DNA of 64,000 nt from Deltaproteobacteria bacterium (GCA_023265625.1 JAHFST010000014.1:8005-72004), one strand, 5' to 3'. Shown: positions 45,174-54,694, numbered from the stretch's first letter. Notes: generated by a model from the letters alone, not told the origin. Program-made: numbers and translations.

Positions 45174-45866
45174 ATGAAGCAACAAAAAGGCCTGGTTGCC
45201 GATATAGGGGGTATGGGCAGCGGTGGTGACACAGTAACGACGTCGTTAAAGGTAGAGACTGTTTATAGTTACCTTGTTGGCGCCGACAAGAAAAATGGTC
45301 ATCGTGTTGGTGTGATGTACAGTTTGTCGCTCATGGAGAAGTCGGATGCGACGGATCGGGGTAGGCATGGCGGCGTTTTTTCACTCGGGTGGTACGACAA
45401 CGTGGGTCATTTTGGGGTGGATGATGCCTCTACGCAAATACGGTTGGGATGGATTTGGGATTCCTATCCTTGGATGGCCACGAGTGGTACGGGACGGAAA
45501 CAGTTTTTGGAGTTGAGTGCCGGGCTGGATGCCTCCTTGCATCATCCCTTATTGTCAGGGGCGGATCGAGGAGGGGGTGGCTCTGATTGTTTTACCACGG
45601 TCTCACAATCGGGACGGACGGTTACCTCTTGTGCTCAAAACCCGGGAGATGTGGAAAAGACCGACTCTCTTTGGCTCATTGGGCCTTATTTTGATTGTAA
45701 TGTCGTTTTTATGATTGTTAACGAGTTCCGTTTGACGATGGGCGTGAGTGTCCAACTTTCATTAATGGGTATCAGGCCTGGAGAGGGTGTTGTGGGACCG
45801 GGCAGTTTTGGGGACCGAGTGCTTAGTGTCGGGGTTAAGTTTTTTGGGATTGACGCACGTTTCTAA
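45174..45866 (+). CDS. hypothetical beta-rich protein ending in ...GIDARF
   Basis: ORF with coding-like composition. C-terminal aromatic residue. No signal peptide seen. Start uncertain (no SD). Confidence 0.5.
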   Translation: MKQQKGLVADIGGMGSGGDTVTTSLKVETVYSYLVGADKKNGHRVGVMYSLSLMEKSDATDRGRHGGVFSLGWYDNVGHFGVDDASTQIRLGWIWDSYPWMATSGTGRKQFLELSAGLDASLHHPLLSGADRGGGGSDCFTTVSQSGRTVTSCAQNPGDVEKTDSLWLIGPYFDCNVVFMIVNEFRLTMGVSVQLSLMGIRPGEGVVGPGSFGDRVLSVGVKFFGIDARF

Positions 45867-45882
45867 GCAATCATGAGGGATT

Positions 45883-46560
45883 ATGGGTGGTGGTGATAAA
45901 ACTTTTGCACTCTCTGCGGAGCTTAGTCCTCTAGGGTACCAGTATAGCCCAGGGGAGCCAGGAGACTCGAATGATCGGATGAGTTTTGGCTTTGAGTTAG
46001 CATTCTCAGCTCTTACTGAAAAAGGTTGGGATAACAATGCGACACAAGAATATGTGGAGGAGATGCATGGGTTCTTTTTGGGGTACCGCCCACGTTTGTA
46101 TCCTAGTGTCGCACCGACCGGATATCGTTTTGCACGAGGTGTGCAGAGTCTTGAGTTCGGTTATCGAGGTGGGAGTGGTCGGCAATCTTTATTTTCGGAC
46201 GATCCTAAAAATCCTTTGGGGAATTATCTTCATCTGTATTGGAAATTTGGCTTTTATGTGGATTGGGCTCATTCGGAATCAATAGGGGAATTTAAGGAGC
46301 GTGTTGGTCTCGATGTTGTGAAAGAATCAGATGTGAGACCTATTGATAGGTTGCAATCGGGATTGCTGCTTGCCACAGGGGTGGCGTTCCCGATATGGGA
46401 AAACAATCAGGATGCCCAGTTGGAATTTTGCTTATCAGGCTTTGTTAAAATGGGATTATGGTCTCAGGCGGAAGGAGAGGCGACTCGTTGGAATGTGGGC
46501 GCGCAAGTGGGGGCAATGGCCTCTTTCATTGCAACGTGGGGGACAGGACTTCATCAGTAA
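45883..46560 (+). CDS. hypothetical beta-rich protein
   Basis: TGAGGGA SD. 225 aa. No motif recognised. Confidence 0.5.
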   Translation: MGGGDKTFALSAELSPLGYQYSPGEPGDSNDRMSFGFELAFSALTEKGWDNNATQEYVEEMHGFFLGYRPRLYPSVAPTGYRFARGVQSLEFGYRGGSGRQSLFSDDPKNPLGNYLHLYWKFGFYVDWAHSESIGEFKERVGLDVVKESDVRPIDRLQSGLLLATGVAFPIWENNQDAQLEFCLSGFVKMGLWSQAEGEATRWNVGAQVGAMASFIATWGTGLHQ

Positions 46561-46608
46561 TTTTATCAATAACGTTTAACTATATAACCTAAAAGGAGGA
46601 GTAAAATC

Positions 46609-47412
46609 ATGGCACCACCAACAATTAATACTAACAATAGCAGTTCAGGCGTTTCGGGAGAGTTGTATCAGGATGATGTTCCTGCGGTGACTACTGAGGA
46701 AGCAACACCGGTTCAAGGGATTGATTATCAGGGGGCTTCGGGGAACCTGAAAAAGATATCTCCTCCTGAGACCCAACCGAAATCCTATCAAATTTTTGCG
46801 GGCGGAGAGGACCCTTTTCAGATCGGAGATCCAGTTGAAATGGGAACCCCCACGGCAGGAAAAGGCTTTGTCGGCGGCGTCGTTGTCGGTCAAAATCTGA
46901 TCATTACTTATGCAAATCGGTCTGCCAAGGGCAGTCATTTTGATGGTGAAATCGCTGATGGTTTTAAGGGAGCTCAGGTGGTCATTGACCTGTTGACAGG
47001 TAAAGACCCAAGGATCCTGAAAATGACCAAATCGGCCGATGAAGGATCTATCGTGCCCGGCAAAGATGGGAGCATTTCTTACAAGACCACCAAGAACGGC
47101 ATCACTGTGTTTCATGACCTGAAGTTTACGGTGTCAGGAAACACGGTTACATGGGAAAAGGGAAATAATCCGATTCCTGATGGTTGTCTTGGATTTAAAA
47201 GCAACAGTGGAAAATTTTCGATAGAGGATAAAGGACCAGGTAAGGCAAAAATCCATTGGGAAATCACGGCTCAAGAGCCCGATCTTTCGAAGCTAAGCGA
47301 CAAAGACAAGGAGCGGGTGAATGATCCTAACACCGAGGGAGAAGTGAAGACGGCTATCACATCGGCGTTGAAGTCCACTTTCCAATTATTGGGCGCGTTG
47401 TCGACTAATTGA
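46609..47412 (+). CDS. hypothetical protein
   Basis: Strong SD AAAGGAGGAG. 267 aa. Disordered-looking N-terminus, beta-rich remainder. Confidence 0.6.
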   Translation: MAPPTINTNNSSSGVSGELYQDDVPAVTTEEATPVQGIDYQGASGNLKKISPPETQPKSYQIFAGGEDPFQIGDPVEMGTPTAGKGFVGGVVVGQNLIITYANRSAKGSHFDGEIADGFKGAQVVIDLLTGKDPRILKMTKSADEGSIVPGKDGSISYKTTKNGITVFHDLKFTVSGNTVTWEKGNNPIPDGCLGFKSNSGKFSIEDKGPGKAKIHWEITAQEPDLSKLSDKDKERVNDPNTEGEVKTAITSALKSTFQLLGALSTN

Positions 47413-47440
47413 TATCAAGTTGAACGAGGGAGAGTAAAAC

Positions 47441-49474
47441 TTGAGTGCTCCAGAAGAAACAAAAGGAAATAATGGATTTGAGGCCCGTCTGTCCGGTTGG
47501 ACCAATACGGAATTTTGGTTCAACCGGACGGAGGCGGGTGCCTCGGGAGGGCCTATCCTGGTCAAGGACGGGGCGGCACTCCTTCCGGGAGATATTTATG
47601 TCTCTTTTCTGTCGGAGCATGTGACTGGTTCACAATACCCGGGTGGGGGGATGGTTTTCCTTGGGCGCGGTGCCAACCATTACCTTGGTACGATCGAAGA
47701 TGCCGATTTTTCAGTATTGGGGAGTGGTTTTGTCCCTTACGGGATGAGGCTGTCTTCCGAGGACTCTCAAACGGTGCTCAGTGGGAATTATTACGGCCTG
47801 CTGGGTCATCCCGCCCAGGTTTTTTTGGGTGACCGAAAGCTTCCCGGTTTTTTTCCGGTGGCCGTGACCAAAGAGGGGGTGTTGCTCTGTTATGACACGA
47901 CCCAAACGGGAAATCCTCAGGAGGTCATCGATAAATTAATTGCCAGTCATCGGGGTGAGATCAGTGAGTCTTTTCCTCATTTGGCACGGATCATGAATCG
48001 GCCTCCAGCGGAGCAGAGTTTTGCCTTGGTGGGTGAGGCGGCCCAAGAGGCGGGACAATGGTTGAAATCGACTCAGGGAAGGCTTTGCCAACCCTCGGGA
48101 ATCGCCGTTGATCTTCCGGCTAATCCCCTGGACCTGATAAAACAAGTACATCTGATGAGTGTGACAGAAGTGGACAATCCACTGCCCCTCCTGCCGGCAG
48201 TGGTTGCGTTACCTGCCGGGACGGCGGCTGTCTTTTATCCGGGAAAAAATCAGGCTATTCTTGAATATGTGTTGGACAGGACTAAGGACGGTTCCCTGCA
48301 AGGGAGTTTTAAGTATGGTGCCGATTTTCATTTGGGGGCGGTGGCTGCTCCTCATGGCTTCTCATTGGCTGGAGATATTGATTTTCATTCCTTCATCGAG
48401 GGATCCTTTGCGCCGATTAAGACGTTATCTAAATTGTTTTCCGTTCTGTTGAAAAACCCGGCTAATTTGATCGAAAAAATAACGGAGGCGACCCAGATAA
48501 AGATTCATGGCCCACTGAAAATGACCCTGCCTGATTCGAAAGATCAGGTGACCTTGAAGCCCGGTGACCGGGATGCTATTTTTAAGTATTTGGTGACAAC
48601 CGAAAAAAAAGCGGGGCAAGTGGTGGAGTTCACCATACAAGTTGCCGCCGCTTGTTGGGACTTTGCTGGTATCCAAATTAGCTCGGTTCAAGATGAAATT
48701 CCAGGGGTTGTGAAGGGATGTTTTACAACCGATCCTGCCCATGTGTCTGAGTCAAAATTAGGTACGGAAAAAATATCTCCAGGAGTGATTATTACCGCGA
48801 AGTTTGATGGCAATCACCTTGTGTCATTGGATCTTAGATTCCATGGGCGTGTCATTGATGCCGCCTTGCCGACGTATATTTCCGGCGAAGCTTATGGATT
48901 TTATGGTGTGCTGTATTCGGGTCAAATCACTGGGCATCTTCGTTTTGGGAATATTCAGAAGCAGGCGGGTGGCCCCCCGATTTTGGCCTTTGTCAAAGGG
49001 AGTGAGTTACGCTTGTTTAACGGAAAGCTCACCATGAACAAAAAGGACGTGATTGGTGATACCTACACCATTCCTCCAGCAGGTGCGGTGTCGATTGATT
49101 TGGAGACGGATGCAGGAGGAGGCTTTCATGTTTCTTCCCAAAAACTATTGAGCTTTGATGGTTTGGATGCATCCTTGGATGCGAAGGTGGGTTTTGTCGA
49201 TGCTAATGGCAAGGCGGTGGGTTGGGAACAGTTTGGCGAGGGGAAAGAGGCCTTTTCCTATCTTCCTTCTGCAAAGATTCAAGACCATTTGTTGCAGGTT
49301 ATTTTGACGGTGGTGAAACAGGGGGTTCCTAATCCCCCTGACACATCGATGACTTATTTTTGGGCGCCCCAGGAATTACTTCCAAAGATTACGTTGCCTA
49401 CCTCAGACGCCCAACCTTGGTATGATGAGTTCCGCAATAAGTTCTCTGATCCGTCTACGATTGAGAAAAAGTAG
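47441..49474 (+). CDS. hypothetical protein (677 aa)
   Basis: TTG start with GGGAGAG SD. Long ORF. No motif recognised. Confidence 0.6.
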   Translation: MSAPEETKGNNGFEARLSGWTNTEFWFNRTEAGASGGPILVKDGAALLPGDIYVSFLSEHVTGSQYPGGGMVFLGRGANHYLGTIEDADFSVLGSGFVPYGMRLSSEDSQTVLSGNYYGLLGHPAQVFLGDRKLPGFFPVAVTKEGVLLCYDTTQTGNPQEVIDKLIASHRGEISESFPHLARIMNRPPAEQSFALVGEAAQEAGQWLKSTQGRLCQPSGIAVDLPANPLDLIKQVHLMSVTEVDNPLPLLPAVVALPAGTAAVFYPGKNQAILEYVLDRTKDGSLQGSFKYGADFHLGAVAAPHGFSLAGDIDFHSFIEGSFAPIKTLSKLFSVLLKNPANLIEKITEATQIKIHGPLKMTLPDSKDQVTLKPGDRDAIFKYLVTTEKKAGQVVEFTIQVAAACWDFAGIQISSVQDEIPGVVKGCFTTDPAHVSESKLGTEKISPGVIITAKFDGNHLVSLDLRFHGRVIDAALPTYISGEAYGFYGVLYSGQITGHLRFGNIQKQAGGPPILAFVKGSELRLFNGKLTMNKKDVIGDTYTIPPAGAVSIDLETDAGGGFHVSSQKLLSFDGLDASLDAKVGFVDANGKAVGWEQFGEGKEAFSYLPSAKIQDHLLQVILTVVKQGVPNPPDTSMTYFWAPQELLPKITLPTSDAQPWYDEFRNKFSDPSTIEKK

Positions 49475-49608
49475 CAGAGAGTTTTTCCCAGACCGATGGT
49501 CCTCTCCAAAAATTTACTAGAAGTTATTGCAATAAATTTATAGAACTTGACGCTTATTTATTATGAAATAACAAGAAACTTTTTCCGTGATGAGCCGATA
49601 ATACTGTT

Positions 49609-52600
49609 GTGATAAGTAGGCGTCTCTCTCAGTGGATTTTTTTTCTAGTTTTTTGCCTCATCAGCTTGATGGGTGGTGTGGCCCACGCCGGTGTTTGTTG
49701 GATCATGGTCCAAGTGGATGGTGGTAGTTGTCAAAGCTGCGACCAGTCGCTTCGCAGCCATCTCGAAAATGCCGATCAATGCGAAGTCACTGTTTTCCCG
49801 GACGAGCTCAAGGACAGTGCGGGTCAGACCACTATCGACGAGCATGTCGATATCGTCTCTTTCGACCCGACCAATGGCATCACCCATGCCACCATCTCCC
49901 AAGGAACCATCGATGTCTCCCAGGCGTCGTATGAACAGAGCATCTACATCCGCAATCCGGACGGATACGACAAACAGAGCGACATCTTCGCCGAATCCCT
50001 GACCAAGTCGGACGGGAGTTCCTTTCAACCCCTGATGGATTGCACCACGACTCAGGCACGGATTTATTTCGAGCATGTGAGCATTCACCTCCTGCGCCCG
50101 ACAGGAATCCCTTACATGGGCACCAAGGAGCTGAAACAGGCCTTTATCCCGGGCTGTTTTTGTGACGAGGCGAAGGGGTGTTTGATCAAGGCGGTGGATC
50201 CGGCGGGCTTGGCCGAGAAGGATGGCGATAAAATTCCCGATGTTTCGGATAATTGTAAAAATAAGAAGAACGCCGATCAAGCCGACAAGGATGGTGATGG
50301 GATTGGGGATGTGTGTGACAATTGCCCCGACCAGGTGAATGTCAATCAGAAGGATGAGGATGGAGACAAGGTTGGTGATGTCTGTGACGCGACCAAGGAC
50401 GGTGACAAGGATGGGGTGGACGATGCCTATGATAATTGTCCCAACCAGGCGAATGCCGATCAGGCGGACCTGGACGATGATGGGATCGGGAGTGTCTGCG
50501 ACGATTTGGAGTTTATTTTTTCTTTTTATTATCCCGTCATCAATTGGGTGGAGATCCTCAAGATCCTGCCACTGTTGGATCCGGATGGGGATGGGGTTCT
50601 CTTCAATGACAATTGTCCCGAGGTGAAGAATGAAGACCAGACCGATTCGGACGGGGATGGAAAGGGGGACGCCTGTGATTTTGATCCCCCTCCTGCGGAC
50701 GACGATGAGGACAATGACGGGGTGAAGGATGACGCGGACAACTGCCCGAACCGGAAGAACCCCGGACAAGAGGATGGGGATCTGGACAGCAAGGGGGATG
50801 TTTGTGACGCGGAGTTTGTCTGTCCGAAGGGGTATGTGAGTGAGACCCAGACTGCCCCGGGGAAAAAACAGGGGCAAACGGTCTGTGTGCCAGGGCCCGA
50901 TACCGATGGGGATGGGATCCCGGATGGACTGGACAATTGCCCTACGCGAAAAAATCCGAATCAAGAGGATGCCAATGGAGACGGCCAAGGGAATGCTTGC
51001 CAAAAGTGTCCTGAGGGACAGCAGTCCAAAAAGGGTATCTGTGTGGATAAGCCGCCTGTCCCTGTGGAGTGCCCGCAGAACGAGATCAAGCTCTCCGATG
51101 GGAGCTGTCAGGCCTGTGCCCAAGGGGAGGTGGTGGTGGAGGGTGCCTGTGTGAAGCCTGTCCCGCCGGACACTGACGGGGATGGGACGCCGGATGAGCA
51201 GGATGCCTGCCCGAAGGATAAGGATAACGACCAAGACCAGGACGGGGTCTGTGGTGATCTTGACAACTGTTCGACCCTGGCCAATCCGGATCAGTTGAAC
51301 ACCGATGGGGATCAGTTGGGTGATCTCTGTGACCCGATCCCCTGTCTAGCAACGCAGTTCCAGGATGGGACAAAATGCGTGGATCAATGCCCGGAGGGGA
51401 CCCATCCGGAAGCAGGGGAATGTGTTGCTTGTCTCCCCGGTGAAGTGGTGGTGAACAACGCCTGCGTCAAGCCGCCTCCGCCGGACACCGATGGGGATGG
51501 GACGCCGGATGAGCAGGATGCTTGTCCCAAAGACAAAGACAACGATCAAGATATCGATGGGGTTTGTGGCGACACCGACAACTGTCCGACGATTGCCAAT
51601 CCGGATCAGAAGAATGCCGATGGGGACCAACTGGGAGACCTCTGCGACTCGATTCCCTGTGTGGAGGGACAGTTTCAAAATGGGAACCAATGTGTGGCCC
51701 AGTGTCCGGCAGGGAGTGTCCCCAAGGAGGGGAAATGCCTCTTGTGTGGGGCTGGCGAGGTGGTGATTGACGATGCCTGTGTGCTGCCAGTGGATACCGA
51801 TGGGGATGGGACAGCGGATGGGCAAGATTCTTGCCCCAAGGATAAAGATAATGATCTGGATCAGGATGGGGTCTGTGGCGATGTCGATAATTGCCCCAAG
51901 GTTTCCAATCCCGATCAGACTGACACCAGTGGGGATGGTCAAGGAGACGCTTGCCAGGGTTGTGTTGTTGGAGAACACGTGGAGGGGGGGCTCTGTGTGA
52001 AGGATGTGGTGCCGCCCAAGGTGTGTCAGTCCGGAGAGATTCTGCAGGGAGATCAGTGTGTGGCCTGTGCGACAGATGAGGAAGTCAAAGATAACCAGTG
52101 CGTGAAGCAAGGGTCGCCTTCTGTGGTCTGTCAACCGACTGAGATTCAACTGATCGATGGGAGTTGTCAGGCCTGTGCCGCCGATGAAGAGGTTAAGGGG
52201 AATGTGTGTGTCCCCATTGTCCCCCCGCTGGTGGTTTGTCAGGAGAACGAGATTCTTCAGGATGGGGTGTGTGTGAAGCAGCCCTCGACTCCCCCGGTAG
52301 TGATCCCGCCCGACCAAGACGAGGATGGGGTGGAGGACGGGGATAATTGCCCAACCGCGGCCAATCCCGGACAGACTGACACCGATGGTGATGGTCTTGG
52401 GGATGACTGCGACGTTGTCCTGCCTATCTCAGTGGATCCAGACCAGGATGGGTTGAGTAGCGCCGTGGATAATTGCCCTGCCATTTCCAATGCCGATCAG
52501 AAGGACGGTGACCACGACGGGATCGGCGATGCCTGTGACCCTAATCCCTCGATCAACGAGGTGAATGTTGAAACGGATAACTTTGAAACCAGCATCTCAA

Positions 52601-52638
52601 GTAAGGCCACCGGTGGGTGTAGTTTGATCCTGCAGTAA
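49609..52638 (+). CDS. secreted thrombospondin type 3 repeat (TSP3) protein with C-terminal GGCSL motif
   Basis: Signal peptide ...LISLMGGVAHA. Many DxDxDGxxDxxDNCPxxxNxDQxDxDGDGxGDxCD units. Three diverged ~100-aa super-repeats. Confidence 0.85.
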   Translation: MISRRLSQWIFFLVFCLISLMGGVAHAGVCWIMVQVDGGSCQSCDQSLRSHLENADQCEVTVFPDELKDSAGQTTIDEHVDIVSFDPTNGITHATISQGTIDVSQASYEQSIYIRNPDGYDKQSDIFAESLTKSDGSSFQPLMDCTTTQARIYFEHVSIHLLRPTGIPYMGTKELKQAFIPGCFCDEAKGCLIKAVDPAGLAEKDGDKIPDVSDNCKNKKNADQADKDGDGIGDVCDNCPDQVNVNQKDEDGDKVGDVCDATKDGDKDGVDDAYDNCPNQANADQADLDDDGIGSVCDDLEFIFSFYYPVINWVEILKILPLLDPDGDGVLFNDNCPEVKNEDQTDSDGDGKGDACDFDPPPADDDEDNDGVKDDADNCPNRKNPGQEDGDLDSKGDVCDAEFVCPKGYVSETQTAPGKKQGQTVCVPGPDTDGDGIPDGLDNCPTRKNPNQEDANGDGQGNACQKCPEGQQSKKGICVDKPPVPVECPQNEIKLSDGSCQACAQGEVVVEGACVKPVPPDTDGDGTPDEQDACPKDKDNDQDQDGVCGDLDNCSTLANPDQLNTDGDQLGDLCDPIPCLATQFQDGTKCVDQCPEGTHPEAGECVACLPGEVVVNNACVKPPPPDTDGDGTPDEQDACPKDKDNDQDIDGVCGDTDNCPTIANPDQKNADGDQLGDLCDSIPCVEGQFQNGNQCVAQCPAGSVPKEGKCLLCGAGEVVIDDACVLPVDTDGDGTADGQDSCPKDKDNDLDQDGVCGDVDNCPKVSNPDQTDTSGDGQGDACQGCVVGEHVEGGLCVKDVVPPKVCQSGEILQGDQCVACATDEEVKDNQCVKQGSPSVVCQPTEIQLIDGSCQACAADEEVKGNVCVPIVPPLVVCQENEILQDGVCVKQPSTPPVVIPPDQDEDGVEDGDNCPTAANPGQTDTDGDGLGDDCDVVLPISVDPDQDGLSSAVDNCPAISNADQKDGDHDGIGDACDPNPSINEVNVETDNFETSISSKATGGCSLILQ

Positions 52639-52922
52639 AAAATATTGCTCCCATTGTTTTCCCAAGTCGTGATAGAGTCGTCTCGTCTATGAGAATTGTT
52701 GGCAAAAGACGAGAGAGGGTCGATCATCTGAAGGATGCCTCCATCTTGCTAAGAACCATCAATCGATTGCGGAAATTTTCCTTAATTCCGAAAGGGGTCT
52801 ATCGTTTTTCATCTTCAGAAGAGGCTACTGATTCGCCTCAAAGATACGGTGCGACCGGGTGACAAAATGGATGTGTTGTATTTGCAAAGGGTGTTGGATG
52901 AGGAGAAAAAAGTTTAGTCTGA

Positions 52923-53945
52923 CTAAAACAACTTGTCCTGCCCCACCTTCTTGACCAACCCCAAATGTTGATACGCCAAATCAGTCGCCACCCGGCCACG
53001 GGGGGTACGGTCGATGTAGCCGCATTGGATCAAGTAGGGTTCATAGACATCTTCGATGGTTTCTTTTTCCTCGCTGACGGCGGAGGAGAGGGTTTCGACG
53101 CCGACCGGGCCGCCGGAGAATTTTTCGATGATGGTGGTGAGGATCTTGCGGTCCATCATGTCAAAACCCTTTTCGTCCACTTCGAGAAGTTGCAGTCCAT
53201 CGCGGGCGGTCTTGAGGTCGATGACGCCGGAGCCGCGCACATCGGCGAAGTCACGGACGCGGCGTAGCAGGCGGTTGGTGATGCGCGGGGTGCCGCGGGA
53301 GCGGCGGGCGAGTTCCATGGCACCGTCTTTTTCCAAAGGAATTTTGAGGATGTGCGCGGAGCGATGGGCGATGCGGCAGAGCTCTTCCTGGGTGTAAAAG
53401 TCGAGGCGGGCCTGGATGCCGAAACGGTCGCGCAGCGGCGAGGTCAAGAGCCCGGCCCTAGTGGTGGCGCCGATCAAGGTGAAGCGGGGCAGGTCGAGCT
53501 TGATCGTCTTGGCGGACGGGCCTTGGCCGATCAGGATGTCGAGTTTGTAGTCCTCCATCGCGGGGTAGAGGATCTCCTCCACCACATGGCTCAAGCGGTG
53601 GATCTCATCAATGAACAAGACGTCAAAGGGTTCCAGATTGGTCAAGATAGCGGCCAAGTCGCCCGGGCGCTCGATCACCGGTCCGGAGGTGGTTTTTAGG
53701 CCGACCCCCAATTCCAAGGCGATCACATTGGCGAGCGAGGTTTTTCCCAGGCCTGGTGGGCCATAGAAGAGGGCGTGATCGAGGGACTCTTTCCGCTTCT
53801 TGGCGGCCTGGATAAAGATGGAGAGTTTTTCTTTGACCTTCTCTTGGCCGATGTATTCTTCGAAATTTTTGGGGCGAAGCGAGACCTCGACTTGTTTTTC
53901 TTCTTCTTGGGGGATGGGGGATAGGGGGGAATTGTCTCGTTGCAT
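52923..53945 (-). CDS. ruvB: Holliday junction branch migration helicase RuvB
   Basis: GPPGLGKTS Walker A, DEIHRL, highly conserved throughout. Confidence 0.95.
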   Translation of the reverse strand: MQRDNSPLSPIPQEEEKQVEVSLRPKNFEEYIGQEKVKEKLSIFIQAAKKRKESLDHALFYGPPGLGKTSLANVIALELGVGLKTTSGPVIERPGDLAAILTNLEPFDVLFIDEIHRLSHVVEEILYPAMEDYKLDILIGQGPSAKTIKLDLPRFTLIGATTRAGLLTSPLRDRFGIQARLDFYTQEELCRIAHRSAHILKIPLEKDGAMELARRSRGTPRITNRLLRRVRDFADVRGSGVIDLKTARDGLQLLEVDEKGFDMMDRKILTTIIEKFSGGPVGVETLSSAVSEEKETIEDVYEPYLIQCGYIDRTPRGRVATDLAYQHLGLVKKVGQDKLF

Positions 53946-53956
53946 ATGTGGTTCCT

Positions 53957-53984
53957 GTAGGGGCGTATTACAATACGCCCCTAC
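53957..53984. repeat. palindromic element copy (GTAGGGGCGTATTACAATACGCCCCTAC) between ruvA and ruvB
   Basis: Same family as the folC copies. Confidence 0.85.
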
Positions 53985-53988
53985 AATG

Positions 53989-54588
53989 TCAACCGCCCGA
54001 TAAAGACCTTAACGCCTGTTTAATCACCGATTCAAGCGGAATCCCCTCCTGGATTGGAATTCGAGCCAGGGTTCGTTCCGCTGGGGCCCGCTGGTAGCCC
54101 AGGTTCATCAGCGCGGAGAGGGCCTCCTCGAAGAGCAGCCCGCGTGATCCAGGGCTTGTATCCATGTCGGGAGTGGCGGCCAGCAAGTCCACGATCTTAT
54201 CCTTGAGTTCCAACACCATCCGCTCGGCGGTTTTTTTCCCGATGCCGGAAATGGCCGTGAGTCGGAGTAGGTCCTCGCGGCGCAGGGCCTCGATCAATTC
54301 CCGGGGAGGAATCCCCGAGAGGATCGTCAGGGCCAATTTGCTGCCAATCCCGCTGACCGAGATCAATTTTTCAAACAGGCGTTTTTCCGTTTCTTCGATA
54401 AAGCCAAACAGCGAGATGTCATCCTCCCGCACCGTGGTATGGATTAAGAGAAACACCTCTTGTCCCAGGGACGGGAGTTTTTCCAGGCTGCGCAGCGAGA
54501 GAAAGACCTTGTAGCCAATGCCGCCGACGTCCACGATGGAGTAGATGGGGGATTTAACAAGCATTTTTCCGCGCAGGGATGCGATCAT
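53989..54588 (-). CDS. ruvA: Holliday junction DNA-binding protein RuvA
   Basis: MIASLRGK..., VGGIGYKV, HhH motifs ([22 protein letters not shown]). Confidence 0.92.
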   Translation of the reverse strand: MIASLRGKMLVKSPIYSIVDVGGIGYKVFLSLRSLEKLPSLGQEVFLLIHTTVREDDISLFGFIEETEKRLFEKLISVSGIGSKLALTILSGIPPRELIEALRREDLLRLTAISGIGKKTAERMVLELKDKIVDLLAATPDMDTSPGSRGLLFEEALSALMNLGYQRAPAERTLARIPIQEGIPLESVIKQALRSLSGG

Positions 54589-54617
54589 ATTTTCATAACT
54601 CCCATAACACCCCCCAG

Positions 54618-54685
54618 CCCCCCTCTTACATTAAGAGGGGGGAGAAAACACCACTGTCTTTACCCCCTCTTAATGTAAGAGGGGG
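54618..54685. repeat. inverted pair of CCCCCTCTTA-NNN-TAAGAGGGGG hairpins between ruvC and ruvA
   Basis: 54618-54642 (11-bp stem, loop CAT) and 54663-54685 (10-bp stem, loop ATG) are reverse complements of each other, 20 nt apart. Confidence 0.75.
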
Positions 54686-54694
54686 ATGGGGGAG

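Noticed and set aside
49645-52317. Very long minus-strand ORFs (529 aa at 49645-51234; 323 aa at 51346-52317) antisense to the TSP3 gene
   Set aside because: They are artefacts of the GAY/GGN-rich sense strand, because antisense RTC/NCC codons rarely give stops. Their translations are low-complexity (I/L/R/P-rich) with no start context. The plus strand has a clear signal peptide and TSP3 motifs.
52689-52917. Short ORF fragments between the TSP3 gene and ruvB (MRIVGKRRERVDHL...PKGVYRFSSSEEA..., then in another frame ...RPGDKMDVLYLQRVLDEEKKV*)
   Set aside because: They resemble the C-terminal pieces of small nucleotidyltransferase/TA-associated proteins. However, they are under 60 aa, split across frames, and I cannot assign a family from memory. 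This is probably a decayed remnant and is too weak to annotate.
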